Origin: Novakomyces olei | Lineage: Eukaryota | Assembly: GCA_016906335.1 (NCBI GenBank) | Contig: JADEYG010000001.1 | Location: 434,001-498,000 of the forward strand | Direction of reading: 5' to 3' | DNA length: 64,000 bases | Shown: in pieces, positions 38,098 through 50,700 of the stretch | How positions within the stretch are numbered: the first letter of the stretch is position 1 | Layout of the letters: every line of letters starts with the position of its first letter | Position numbers and translations under genes: made by a program | Notes under the pieces: model-generated | Databases searched by the model: none | The model's input: the letters and a program-made list of their open reading frames with translations, nothing else | Told to the model about the DNA's origin: nothing

Positions 38098-39744
38098 ATG
38101 GAAGAATTGGTGCAACAGGTACGCAGCAATTGAAGTCGTTAGGGCAGATTTACTCACAATTTTAGTTGGAAGCAGATGAGCGGGTAAAAGTTGCGGGCAT
38201 AGATGTTGATGGAATACTCCGTGGAAAGATTATGCTCAAGGACAAGTTCCTCTCTGCGTGTAAAGGCGATGGGTTCGGATTTTGCTCCGTCGTGTTTGGT
38301 AAGAAGCTGCTCGTGTACAATTCCAATCGTGGATCAATCAACTGAGCCTGAACCGTAGATTTTTGGCGGTCGTTTATTAGTCACAATTATGTTTACACGA
38401 CTTGCCTGGTTTGGCTTGACTTGCTCTGATTGACCTGTTTTGTCTGAAGATTTATTTTGCAAGTATTTTACAGTCCACAATTCGCAATGCGCTTTTCAAG
38501 GCACTGACCCTACAGGCTGGGACATGCATGATTCGATGTATGGACGCGAATTACTCGTATCGAACGCAGAGAACGGGTACCGTGATGTAATTGCGCGGAT
38601 CGACACGAAGAGTATACGGCGCATACCATGGGAGGGCAATATTCCTCTCTTTCTCGTGTCATTTAACGATGCTTTAACTGGCGATCCGATAGCCGCTGAT
38701 CCACGCAATTTATTGGCTCGAGCCTGTACGGATCTGGGCGATGTTAAAGCAATGGCCGGAGTCGAACTTGAATTCTTCAATTTTGAGGAGACTCCTCGCT
38801 CACTCGAGCAGAAACGGGGCATCGGCCTTGTGCCTATGACTCCGGGAAATTTCGGGTACTCCCTACATCGGCCCGCGTCCCAGCAAGATTTCTTTTACGA
38901 AATATTTGATCAGTGTCTTGCGTTTGGAATCCCTATTGAGGGCTTCCATACAGAGACAGGTCCGGGAGTTTATGAGGCAGCTCTACAGTTTTCCGAGGCC
39001 TCTTTAATCGCAGACAGAACAAGTCTTTTCAAAATGTCGGTTAAACAGCTGGCTTTGAAACGGAACTTGATCTCCTCATTTATGGCTAAACCTCATAATG
39101 GCTTGGCCGGGTGTTCTGGGCATATACACATTTCCCTGATGCAAAACGGACGCAATTTATTTGCTCGCGACTCGCTTGATTCAAGTGCCAACGTATGGGA
39201 AGACGTCCGTGGCCTCAGTGACTTGGGGCGTCAATTTTTAGCGGGTCTCTTGGACGCTCTAATGGACATTATGCCCATGTTTGCTCCGACTGTTAATTCA
39301 TACAAGAGACTAGTAGAGAATTTTTGGGCGCCCGTGACTGTTTCGTGGGGCCTGGAAAACAGAGTTGCGTCTATCCGACTCATAACGCCGCCTACTTGCA
39401 AACCGGAAGCGACTCGTATTGAAGTTCGAACGCCCGGTGCGGATGTAAATGTTCACTATGCTCTGGCTGCTATAATTGCTGCCGGCCAAAGAGGCATTCA
39501 AAAGAGAATGGAACTGACTCTGCCTCCGCTGGACAAGTCTGGTAAAGATTTGGCCCGGGCCCAGAGGCTACCTCGGACTTTGCAAGAGGCAACTTCTCGA
39601 ATGGCCAGTCCAAAATCTGTAGCCAGAGAGCTTTTCGGTGACGATTTTGTTGATCATTACTGTGGTACACGTGAACACGAAGTTCGGTTATGGAACGACT
39701 ATGTCACTGACTGGGAGGTTAAACGATACATTGAGACTGTTTGA
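38098..39744 (+). CDS. Glutamine synthetase-like gamma-glutamyl-amine ligase (GSI-like, 460 aa), 3 exons
   Basis: AGIDVDGILRGK; GVELEFF; HTETGPGVYE; FMAKP...GCSGHIHISL; NSYKRLVENFWAP; ENRVASIR; RIEVRTPGAD; introns 38119-38165 and 38299-38515. Confidence 0.92.
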
Positions 39745-40686
39745 GGATACATTGTGTGACTGATATATAAAATACAGGATTTTTGGTGTCGTTGATAAAT
39801 ATACAATACTCAGAGATATAACAATTGTCATAGTATTAATCCACAAATACATTGTTCATAAGAATGCAATTCTATTTGTTCTGCTAATATATTGAAATTT
39901 TAGTTGGATGCGCCATCTTGGATAGGCCTAAAATTCTTACTATGTTGAATCTATTATCAATTAAAAGCGAATCTCTTCGACTAGAATTAAATAATATAAT
40001 TCGTATTTTACGTCGTTTGCACACGCAAAAGACCCTTGCTTTTTTGAAAAGTATGACATTGGAACGTGTAAAAAGTACTGACAAACACCTAACTCATTCG
40101 TTCTTATCTAATTGTCTTCATAATTTTACGCTTTTGCTCTGTAATGAACTTGTGCTCTCCAATGAAGTAAGCTCGTTTAACCTGCTCCCGCATGTTTTGA
40201 TTTCATAAAGATTGTTTTTATTATTATCAACTCATTCGTACAGAATAACATTATCTGACTAAACCATGCCCACATTATGCGATCTACCAACTATGCAACA
40301 TTGTAACATACGTACACTCGAGTAAACGATCCCGCTCCACGCTTGGTGGACTTGTACCTCAAAGGCAGCAATCAATCTATAGTACAAAAGTGATAGACTA
40401 AAACAGTATAGATAAAAATTGATAATAAAGATGAAAAAAAGCAAAAAATTATAATTATAATTATAATTAAAATTAAATTAAAAAAATAATTAGTAATTAG
40501 TAATTAAAAATAATAGTAATAGTAGTAATAAAAAAAAATAAACAAACTTTATGCCTGTCCTTTCAACAAGCCTCTGAAGGAACGAAGAGGCTGAAGGTCT
40601 CTTTTGAGATTCAGACTCTTCAACTGCGGGATTGAAATTCTCAGTCCTCGCTCCTTTGTCCTCAACTCCCAGCTTTCACAACAAGG

Positions 40687-43138
40687 CTACCGATCGACCT
40701 GCCTAGTATGAACATCGTCTTGGATCTTGGACACTGGAGCACAAGATGGCTCTGGCGCAGTTTGCACAATAGACATCCGCCTGTCAACAAAAGGCAGCCA
40801 TAATCCAACTGGTCCAGCGTATTTGGTATGCAAGCTTGTATCGTCCCTTGCATCCGGAGCATAATCAACATCCTTACCCGCATCGATGTACCGCTGAGTA
40901 ATGACGCTGGTAATAAACTCTACAATATGCCACTGCGGCCAAACCCCCTCCCAACTCCGGATTTCTGGCTGCTTGTAATCATAAGCAAAAGCACCGGTAT
41001 CTGATTTAGCTTCCTCTTCAGTAACGCAGGAGCCCTGCTTGCCCTTGGCAGAGTAGTCAAACTTGTGAGCGTGTGGGGTATAGCCGGCAATTGTAGAACT
41101 GACGGCAGAAGATCGAGCATTGGTCCCGTTCATTAGAGCAGTAAAGAGCGAAGCGTCATCCTCACCGCCGTAGAAATCGAGGCCGGTGGACGAGGATCTG
41201 ATACCGCGAAAGTCCAGAGTGGAATCAGCACGACTGACGTTGTAGACGTTGGCAGTATTGCTCGATGGCGATTTAGGGATAAGCATTTGCTGAGACGAAG
41301 AGTTTCTGTTTAACCTTTTCCCCGGAGAATTGGCGGGCATTGAAGAGTCCATCAGTGACGAAGGAGCCAGAGAGTAGACAGAGTCCTGAGCGGCAGTCAT
41401 GAGCGGCCGAGTGGGAGGCGAAGCTGTAGGAGCAGCTGCAAAATTGTTGAGCTGGTCTTCAGAGGCTAAAGAGCCACGGCGGTCAACGACAGCGTAGCGG
41501 TACAGCCGTGCTTGGTGAGAGTAGAGAGCGTTTTGTATGGGCTCTGGGACCATTGCAACAACAGAGTTCTTGGGCACAAGGATCCTGCCCACGAGGCAGT
41601 CGCTGCGGGTCAGTTTAGGGATGAGTAAAGGCCTTGCGGATAAGCTGCCCAGACTGCCAAGCTCTGGATCGCGGCAGCGTAGTAGAGCAAAGTAGAGACA
41701 GGCAGTTGCCAGCTGCCTTGTAACGAGGTACTGGGCAAGAACGTGCTCAGACAGCTCTGTGTTTACGAGATCCTCTGTCAGCACTGGAGCCGGCTGCCTC
41801 AGACTCGAACTCGCGTCGTCGCTAGTCTCGAGCTTTGTAGTGGCCTCGCTCCGCTTGTCCTTTTCCTTGTTTGCGTGTCCGCCAGTATTGCTGCTGACAT
41901 TGTTATTGCTGACATTGTTATTGCTGCAACTGCTCTCGCTATTATTGCCCGCACTCGTTCCCGCATCCGTGTCCGTTTCCCCATCAAAGGTGGCAATACT
42001 CGGAGCAGAGTACATTACATACTGAATGTACTCTGCTCCACCGGCAAAGGCCTCTTTGTCCCGCAAATGTGTGAGCATTAGACTCGCAATTGAAGACTGT
42101 GCCTGCATAAATAGCGCAGTCATTCCTTTGTGCGTAGAGGGAACAGAGCTGCTTTTATTGCTCTTGTTTTTTCGAGAGAGCGGGTGCTGCTCTGGTAAAA
42201 GGGCATAGTACAGAGTAGCCAGCTGCTGGTACAGCTCATCCACCATTCGGCCGAAAAAGACGCTCTGCAGACTCGAGGCAACACACGCGTCTACCAGCTC
42301 GTACAGTTCACCGGCTGCCAGAGTCCACGATTGGTCAACGGCACTGTGGTAAACTCCCACTCTTTGCCGGGAAAAGGCGCTCCGTAAACAAGCGTGAGAG
42401 CTCTGTGTATTACGTAACGACCTGCCAAAGATCTTGCCTCCAGTCTGGGTTTGAGAGGAACCCGATCTCAAACTTTTCCGGCTCGAAAAAAGCGCACTCT
42501 TCTGACTCACGTACCCAATCGCGTCCCAGGCCGACCGGATAGCTCCGTCCGCCGACCCGTAGGCCAGATCAAGGTTTAGGAAGCCGTAGAGTAGTCCCTT
42601 ACGCACGGGATTTAGTACTGTTACAGCCGTATGATTGTACCCGGTAATGATATCCGACCAGAAAATAGTCGTACTGTGCTCACTGCCATCTCCGCCTCCT
42701 CCTCCGCCAGCGCCTCCGCCTTTGTTGCGGATACTCAGCCGCTCAAACGCTCGCTCTATATACTTTCTGGGGTCCTTTTGAAACTGCCGCCGCCGTAAAT
42801 AAGGTGGCGTGAGAAGGACCTGCGTGTGCGACGGGATACAGGGGTAAGGATGGTGCAGCCGAGGCCGTATATAAACCCTGCGTGTGTAAGAAAATGGACA
42901 GACAACAAAAGGCCACTTAAAACAGGGCGGAAATATAAAGGGAAAATGGGATAATTGCTCGTGGCTTCAACGGCTCAATTTTCCCCAGGTTTGGCCAATT
43001 GATTGATCCCTTGTGGAACCCATGATAAAGGCAAAACGTATAGTCTCATTACCAGTAAAAAACCGATAGGCACAATAGGAGTACGGCAACGACAAACCAG
43101 GGTGAGAGGATCACGGCTATAGCGCGCTGCCCTCTCAT
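40687..43138 (-). CDS. 758-aa protein with N-terminal membrane anchor, possibly a degenerate cytochrome P450 fold; 2 exons
   Basis: Exon 43053-43138 (MRGQRAIAVILSPWFVVAVLLLCLSVFY) splices in frame (intron 42878-43052) to a stop-free frame 42877-40687 that extends the listed 639-aa ORF. Confidence 0.7.
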
Positions 43139-43960
43139 GTTGATTTTTGCAGGGTACTTCTCTCAGGAACCGGGGCCAGGGCTGTAATAAAAAGACTGGA
43201 AAAATTGTGCCTGATAGGGAAACGAGAGTGAGAAAAGTGCACGGTAAGCCGACACCGTTAACGTGCAAAAGGCAGTGCCTTTAGCACAGTGTGATGTCTT
43301 CACTATGAGTGTATACCGACCACACTTTTACCGTAAGCTGTGCGCCGCCACAATTTATTCTCGCCTACGATTGGTGAAGCGCAACATTGGCATAACTTAA
43401 TCTGGGTTATGGATATTGGTATATTATTAGAAGTGCTTGGTTGCACCATATAATGGTATTTACATTATATTATATAGTATTTAAATTACCTATATAGCGC
43501 TATTTACATTACTTGTATCCAATTAGGTAGATCGACGGGCAATAGCTGGTTTACCTGTACCCTGGAACTGCCTTTGTATTACTAGTGCGTTGGCTTTCAT
43601 ACTACTATTGCATTTGCCATTCTTTGATTAAGTTATTCTTTGATTTTGCGTACAAGCTGATGACTTTTTATTATTATCTACCTTTTTATTTTTATATAAT
43701 TTATTATTGTTAATATCCGACAGGCTAAACGTCTATCAGATATCTTTGCTGGCCGATTAGGCAGTTCACCCGACCGCACATGACGATAAGTTGCCTTGAG
43801 CAAGCGCAGCTTTCCGTGATAGAATAAACCTTTACTGATACGTCACCGTGTCGAACCGTTTTTGTATTCTTTTTGTTTCATTCATTCGTTAAAGTATTAA
43901 TTATTATTTGTTTCTTTCAAGAGCAATTTAAATTAGATGCTTGACGCAATTGCCGTGCCT

Positions 43961-44393
43961 TTATTTTACGGCAGCCACCATCTCCATCTCAACTTTAGCG
44001 CCACCAGGAAGACCAGCGATAAACACACACGTACGTGGTGGTCGTGGGTCAGGGATCATGTCCTTGTACACCTCGTTCATTGCGCTATAATCGGCAGAAT
44101 CAACCAGGAAAATGTTGATTTTGAGTACACGAGTCAGGTCAGAGCCAGCGGCCTCCAAGATGTTCCCCAGATTTGTAATCATCTGTTTCGTTTGCGAAGT
44201 GACATCATCGCCTGCCAGTTTACCGCTTACATCAGCTCCGATCTGACCAGACGTATACACAAGGCCATTGAACACTTTGGCGTGGTCTGTCCATATGTTA
44301 GACTTATTCACAATACGAATTCGACTCACGGAAAAGACCGGGTGGAAAGGCGCAAGCCTTGTCGCTGATTACAGGTTTGACTTCGCCCGGCAT
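43961..44393 (-). CDS. RidA/YjgF/UK114 reactive-intermediate deaminase, 2 exons
   Basis: VYTSGQIG; NL..ILEAAGSD..V.K.NIFL; MNEVY; PPRTCV...LP.GAKVEME; intron starting GTGAGT at 44329. Confidence 0.93.
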
Positions 44394-44532
44394 TGTAGTC
44401 TGTGAATCGCTCGTGTTTGCCTTGGGCACGTGTGCGAGAGGCTCTTGCTTTTATACCCATTCTTGCGTGGGACCGGACGTGTCCGCCAACCTACTGATAA
44501 GCCCTGCAGCCGGGATTTAACCCGTAGTATGG

Positions 44533-44592
44533 GGATAAACCAGGCTAAGGCTGGATGGATAAACCATTGTGGATAAACCAGTGTGGATAAAC
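44533..44592. promoter_or_regulatory. Four GGATAAAC motifs upstream of the RidA gene
   Basis: GGATAAAC at 44533, 44557, 44571 and 44585; the last three form a 14-bp tandem. Confidence 0.5.
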
Positions 44593-45362
44593 ATTACAGG
44601 GTAGACTAGTTTACATACGACAGGACTTCGTCTTACTGCTAGACAAAATCTTAGTAGAGGCGAAAAGGGCGAAACAAACGGCAGACTTATTATCATTTAT
44701 GTCGTCTTCGTATCGACTTTTGCCAGCTTTGCATTAGTGTAAAAGAAACGCAAAATACTTGTTTTTGTTCTACAATCTCTTCACTCTCACATAGTCTAGT
44801 AAAACAGTGCAAATAATTATTGAACACAAAGCACGTAAGACGAGTATGCTTTAGACGTGCCCATACTGCGTTCAATCAAACGTACTACAAACAAAACTTG
44901 AAGCCAAACAAGCTCAGACTGTGGAAAATTTGCAGAATGCAGTGAGTAGATGTAACATGTTCAAACACACCGTTCCACTTCTCCCATCTAACACCGATTA
45001 CTGTGCCTTTAAATGCCAATAAGAGATTATAAATATTATTTGTCAGATTATTCACATTCGCCTTAGTGGAGCACTTTACGTGTGTGGAGAACATTTTAGA
45101 TTGCTTGTAACTTTTATAATCGTATCAGTGTTTACAGACATTTGAAATAAATTTAAATAATTTCGCTAAATTAGCATGAAATAGTTGTGCGCCTTTTAAA
45201 AACAAAAATTTATTTCTAAAGCGCCTACTCAAACAGTCAGCGTAAGAAGCAGTCAATCGTTCTCCGACTGGGCGATCGACCGTCGGCTGTGGAAGACTCT
45301 ATTTCAAATCATGTTGGAAAAATAAGATCTATTCTATTCAGCCAAACCAGATTTGTCCCCCG

Positions 45363-47491
45363 ATGACACAAACGAAAGAATTCTTGAGCGATGTTTGGGC
45401 CGCCTGTCAGATTGTAAGTGCTTGCCTGTGCCTGGCTTAACCATTTTCCCGCCTTGACAATGGCATTTGTCCTTTTGTTTTTCGTACCATTTTGGTTTTC
45501 CTACCGTTTTCAGTGGGGTACTTGAAATGCTCTCAATTCAGTCTCTAGTTGACAATAAAATCAAATCCTCTGTATTTGATGTTTGCTGCTTAACAACGAG
45601 GTTTCAGCAGCATTTAGTCTGAAACTCTCTATCTGGAACAACAATTGCATGCGCCAATGGCCAGCTCTGAAAGATTTGCCAAAATATATAAAAATAAATA
45701 ATGAAATAATGAAATAATTTAAATATACACCTCACGCTAACATGGTAGGCATTTTCTGCCGTCAAGGACAAGGCTATTCGCGACTATATTTACGTACCAA
45801 TCGGAGTCATAACCCTTATGGCGGCAGTATTTGGAGTAAGGCAGCTAATCGGTCTGTCCAGTGTAACTTTCCCCGCAAGTGTCGCCTGCATGTTGGCAGC
45901 ACTAGTGCTTTTGCTTGTTTCACAAAAACTACTTGGCAAGCAAAAGACACAATGGCTCGTCGCCCTATTCGATGTGCCTGCCGGCTGGTCTTTGAGGTAC
46001 ATGAGCTTGTTTTTCACTCCGTCCTTTGTTGTCCTGCCCCTAAGTCCCTCGATCAGACCTGTTGAAGTGGGCAAAATTGCTGCAGTTTTTATTATTGGCT
46101 TTTGCCTTGGCATGATTATTACCACGTATATTGTGAGGCTGTTATGCCTGCTACTGGGCTCCGCCAAGTACCAAGTCGCTACTAGTGAATTACAGGACAA
46201 TGAGATTGAAATGCAGCCATCTTCTGCTCTTCTTCGCAGGGCGACTACAAACGAAGAGCTTTTTATTGATGATCCTGCCAGTATACTTTCCCGTCCGGCT
46301 TCCGTAGCCGATCCGTCCCGCTTACGTGGACCCGGCCCTGACCTCGGGCCCAATCTCGGGCCAAACCTCGGGATCAATCACGATCCAGACCAGGGCCAAG
46401 TCGCCGATGCTCTAGAAAAGGTTCCGACTTCTCACGTAGTCAACTCTGCTCTTCCTGTCCCTGAACTGAGTCCCGACCAGATGCAAGAGCCAGCTGAGCT
46501 GTCTAAAAGGGACGAAATGGCTGCGTTTATTGTGCAAAACTTTGATTATTTGGTATATTGCCTTCTTTTCATTATTGGAGCAATAGTACTTGGCGCTACA
46601 GGCTACTCTATGATTATCGACTTGGCCATCAACACAATGGCTTTTATGACTGTGCGAAAGCTGCCCAGATTTATTCTCCGGGTTATCCATCCCATTTTGG
46701 CAGCTGCTTTCCTTACTTCCCTCTTTATCTTTGTATTGGCCCGGGTAAGACTTTACCCTTATACCCGAGCCCTGCACGACTATAGCAACGGGTCTCGATA
46801 TTATAATCTGGTGATTGGCCAGGCTCCGGGTCGGCCAGGAGCGGGCGATGTTCTTATATCTATTCTCGATGTGGCTATTGTATCACTAGCGCTTCCTTGT
46901 TTTAGTTATCGCATGGAATTACAGAGGCATTTTTGGGTCGTTGTAGTGCCCAGTACCGTTTGCTCTGTGGCCAGCTTTTTTTTGTATCCGTTAGTTTGTC
47001 ATGCTATTGGCATAGACGCTCAACGGTCTCTGGCTTTTGCCCCGAGAAGTGTAACCTTGGCTCTTGCCCAGCTTATTAATGAAAACTTGAAGGGAGATGT
47101 ATCCCTAGTCAATGTGACTGCCATATTAAGTATGATTGGTTGATTTATTTATTTATCTATCTGTTCGTCTATCTGTTTGCTTGATGTTTGTTATACTTAT
47201 ACTAGGCGGTATTGTTGGCGTGCTCATCGAACCTGTTTATTTCAAAATATTAAAAGTTGTCAAGGAAGACTTTTTGACTCGAGGTGTAACTTTGGGAGTC
47301 AATGCTTCAGCATTAGCAACAGCAGCTCTTTTACCGGTAGATCCTCGTGCTGCTGCTATGAGCTGTGTGAGCTTTATCATTTTTGGAGTAAGTTTGGCTT
47401 TTATTCGTTCTAACTTTAGGTAACTATGGTCGTACTTAGCGTTATACCCCCTCTTACGGCCATTCTGCATCGAATGGTTCATATTGATTAA
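45363..47491 (+). CDS. Fused LrgA/LrgB-family (PLGG1-like) membrane transporter, 4 exons
   Basis: FPASVACM; LRYMSLFFTPSFVVLP; FAPRSVTLALA; TRGVTLGVNASALATA; multiple hydrophobic helices; last intron 47388-47419. Confidence 0.85.
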
Positions 47492-47749
47492 ATTTATAGT
47501 TTGTACATGCTTTCCCTCAGAATGTCAGAATGTATATTTAAATGTATAAACTTGGGTAAAATCAGAGGATTGACGAAGGAATGAACTTCTAAAGCTGTTC
47601 TAAACCGGTTTGCCTGATTGATTTCAGTTTAAACCAAGTATTAAATATTTAATGTTACCACTAATTATTAATTGTTAATTATTTATTATTAGTTATTGTT
47701 TTTGTTATTATTATTAATACAATATAAAATATTCCATCTACTATATACA

Positions 47750-50700
47750 CTATGAATCATTATTCACTTCTGCGAACCACTGTCTAAGCGCAAGAGCAAG
47801 CATTTCCGGCAAAGTCTTCACATCCTGAACGATTAAATAATAGTCAAAGGCAAATTTGGACATGTAAGATTCAATTCGCAGATTCATTTTGCCATTTGCA
47901 TCCGTTTCGTATTGAACTTGATTCATATCGAGAATTGAACACGTTTTGTTTGCGTACAGAGCATCAATAACGACAAAAATAATCAGAATTCGCTCTTCAC
48001 GAGCTTTACGAAGAAGTTTTCGCACCTTTTCATGGTCCTCGTGGACTCCATCAGAAATTATTACACCAAGTTGCCAAAGACCAGTATCGCTGTTACCATT
48101 TGCTTGACGAGCAGTTTGTAGCAATTCTGTGATTTTCTCAATTAATGCAGAAACATTTGTCTGTTCACGATCAAAGCCTAAATGCTGGCACATTTGAGCT
48201 CCGTCTTGTGTGCTTACGCTCTCGCTAAAATCGTGCAGTAACTTTGCTTGCTGATCAAATTTAACAAAAGCGATTTGGCCTGCTTCGAGAGAGGATAAAC
48301 CTTTGGCTAAAAGAGCCATTGACTGAAGGGTTAAATCGGCACTTTTGGACTCCATCATCGATTTAGAATTGTCAACAGCAATCAGCACTTGGTACTGCCT
48401 TTTGCTCGGCTTTGATCGTCTCATCCAGATCTTGTCCCGTTTGAAATTGCTCGCTATATAGGGGATAATTCGTTTTAAATTAATTCTTTTGCCTGTCTTG
48501 TAATCCCCTCTCATTTTTGCCGCTACTGTTGGCTCCAATATGAGTCGAAGCTGCTCTGCTAATTTGAAAGATAAGTCTCTGGTTGCTGATTCCGCAAGGG
48601 TCCAGCGTTGCGTTGCCTCCTGGAGACTTGAAACTTCATGGTCAGAATCATCCAAAGTAGCACTATCATCTGTATCATCCATCTCCAATCCATTTTCTTC
48701 AGTTTCCCCTGCACGCTGACCAATCCGATTTAGAGCCTCGGTGCCCGAGTCAGTCGTGTCGGCCATATTTTCTTCATTTTCTTTATTTCTTTCGGCAGAC
48801 TTTTCAATATTTTTAGAGCTTCCATTTAGTAAATCTTGCTCCCTCTCAGCTTTCTCATCAAGCTTAGAATTATCTTCGTCATCTTCATTTTTGTTATCCT
48901 CGTCTTCACGGCTTTCATGGTCTTGTTTGTCGAGAGCAGATTTGTCCCCAAATTCCGAGTGCTGTACTCGATGATTAGAATTGGTCTCATTTGCGTTCTC
49001 ATCATTATCATTCTTATTTTGTCCAGAATCATCCGGCTCGTCTCCGCTCATCGGTGTTTCGATTACCGCGCTTCGATCAAGCTTTTCCAGTGACTCCGCA
49101 AGCTGCTTTAATTCCTTTTGAAACTCTGACTGTTGCCGATCATTGCTATCTTCAAAGGCCGAATTTAAAGGATCATTGCCTTCTTTTTGTTCGGACGATT
49201 CACCGGATAGAGCTTGGCTCCTTCCTTGTTTGGTTCCAGACTCTTGCTTTTTATCTTCATCTTCACCGTCCTCACTTTCATTGCCATCTTCTGTCTCTTT
49301 AGCATTTTGATCTTGCTCCTCATTCAATTGCTCGTCTGAACCGTTTTCACCTGCTCTCGGCCTCTGAGGGAAATCGTCATCAGCTGAATCCTGCATATTT
49401 TCGTCATTCTGCTGCTTATCATCAGACTGTTCATCTTTATTTTCATGTTGCTCATTATCACCTTCCGCATCACTTTCAACAACGCCTTCATCGTCTATAG
49501 ATTCTCCCATCAATGCTTCTTCTTCTTCTTTGCCTTCATCCAACTCTTCATTCGCTTCTTCGTCTTTGAAATCAATCTCTTTATCCAACTCGGCTTCTTC
49601 AGGATTTATTGCCTCGTCGCCGTCTTCCCCTTCTTGGTCTTCGTCCTCATCCTCGTCCAGCCTTTCGACTTGACTCGCATCTTTATTCTCAGCTTGTTTA
49701 TTTCCTTCTCTTTCTTCTTCGTCTAGTTCTTCTTCGTCAATGCCTTCTTTTTCTCCATTTTCATCGTCTAAATCCTGAGACTGATCATCTTCGTCTCGAT
49801 CATTCTCACCTTGATCCTGCTTTTCATCCTTTGTGGACTGATCCTTATCAAAATCCATTTTATCGATCAAATCTTGGGAATCGTCGCCATTCTCTTGCTC
49901 TGCCTTCTCGTCAGTTTGATCATGAGCACTTTGCTCATTGTCCCACATTGATTCATTTAGCTTCGTTTCCTCATCATCATCAACTTTCCCCATTTCATCA
50001 TCGTGGGACTCGTCCATCTCTTCCAAATCACTTTCTTGATCGGAACCAGAATCGTTTTTTGTATCAGATTTAGTTGAGGCGTTGTCTCCAAAATAGTCGT
50101 CTTTGTCTTTCTCAATGGCCTCATCGCCGCCATTTTCGTCATCGTTTTCTTGGTCTTCTCCTTCTTCTTGCATCATATCGTCTTCGTTGAACTCATCCTT
50201 GTCCACCTGATCCGAAATGTCTTTTGCGTTTTTGTTATCAGCAGCACCAAGACCAAGCCCATTGCCTTCCGCCTCAGTTTCATTAGAATCTGATTGTGGC
50301 TCACAAAAGCCTTTTCTTAACACGACTATAGCCAAACACGATAAATTGTTGAAGCTCGCCAGTAAACCATGTAAGAGGCGATCAAGAAAACGTCGAGTGT
50401 CTTGCAAGAAGGTCAAGTAGGCCTGCAAAATAGGCGAAATCGAGACTATTTGAGCTTTCCACAAGACGTCTCCGCCAGCACGCAAAGAAGAGCTATTCTG
50501 GCCCACTTCAAAGAGGTCAGTGAGTGCATCTGCTGCACTGTTCAGCTTTCGCAGATCAATACTGTTAACGGTCACAAAAGGCTCTCGAAACGAATCTTTG
50601 CGAGCCCCTGTATTTTTTTGATTACTTTCAAATACTTGCAAAACAGAATCTGCAAACTTGCAAACAAGTCTATCAAACTTGCGATTATCAAAAGCGTGCA

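Noticed and set aside
40549-40686. In-frame open stretch of about 45 codons after the TAG of the P450-like gene (readthrough)
   Set aside because: Stop context TAG-CCT is not a known readthrough signal and the open frame could be chance
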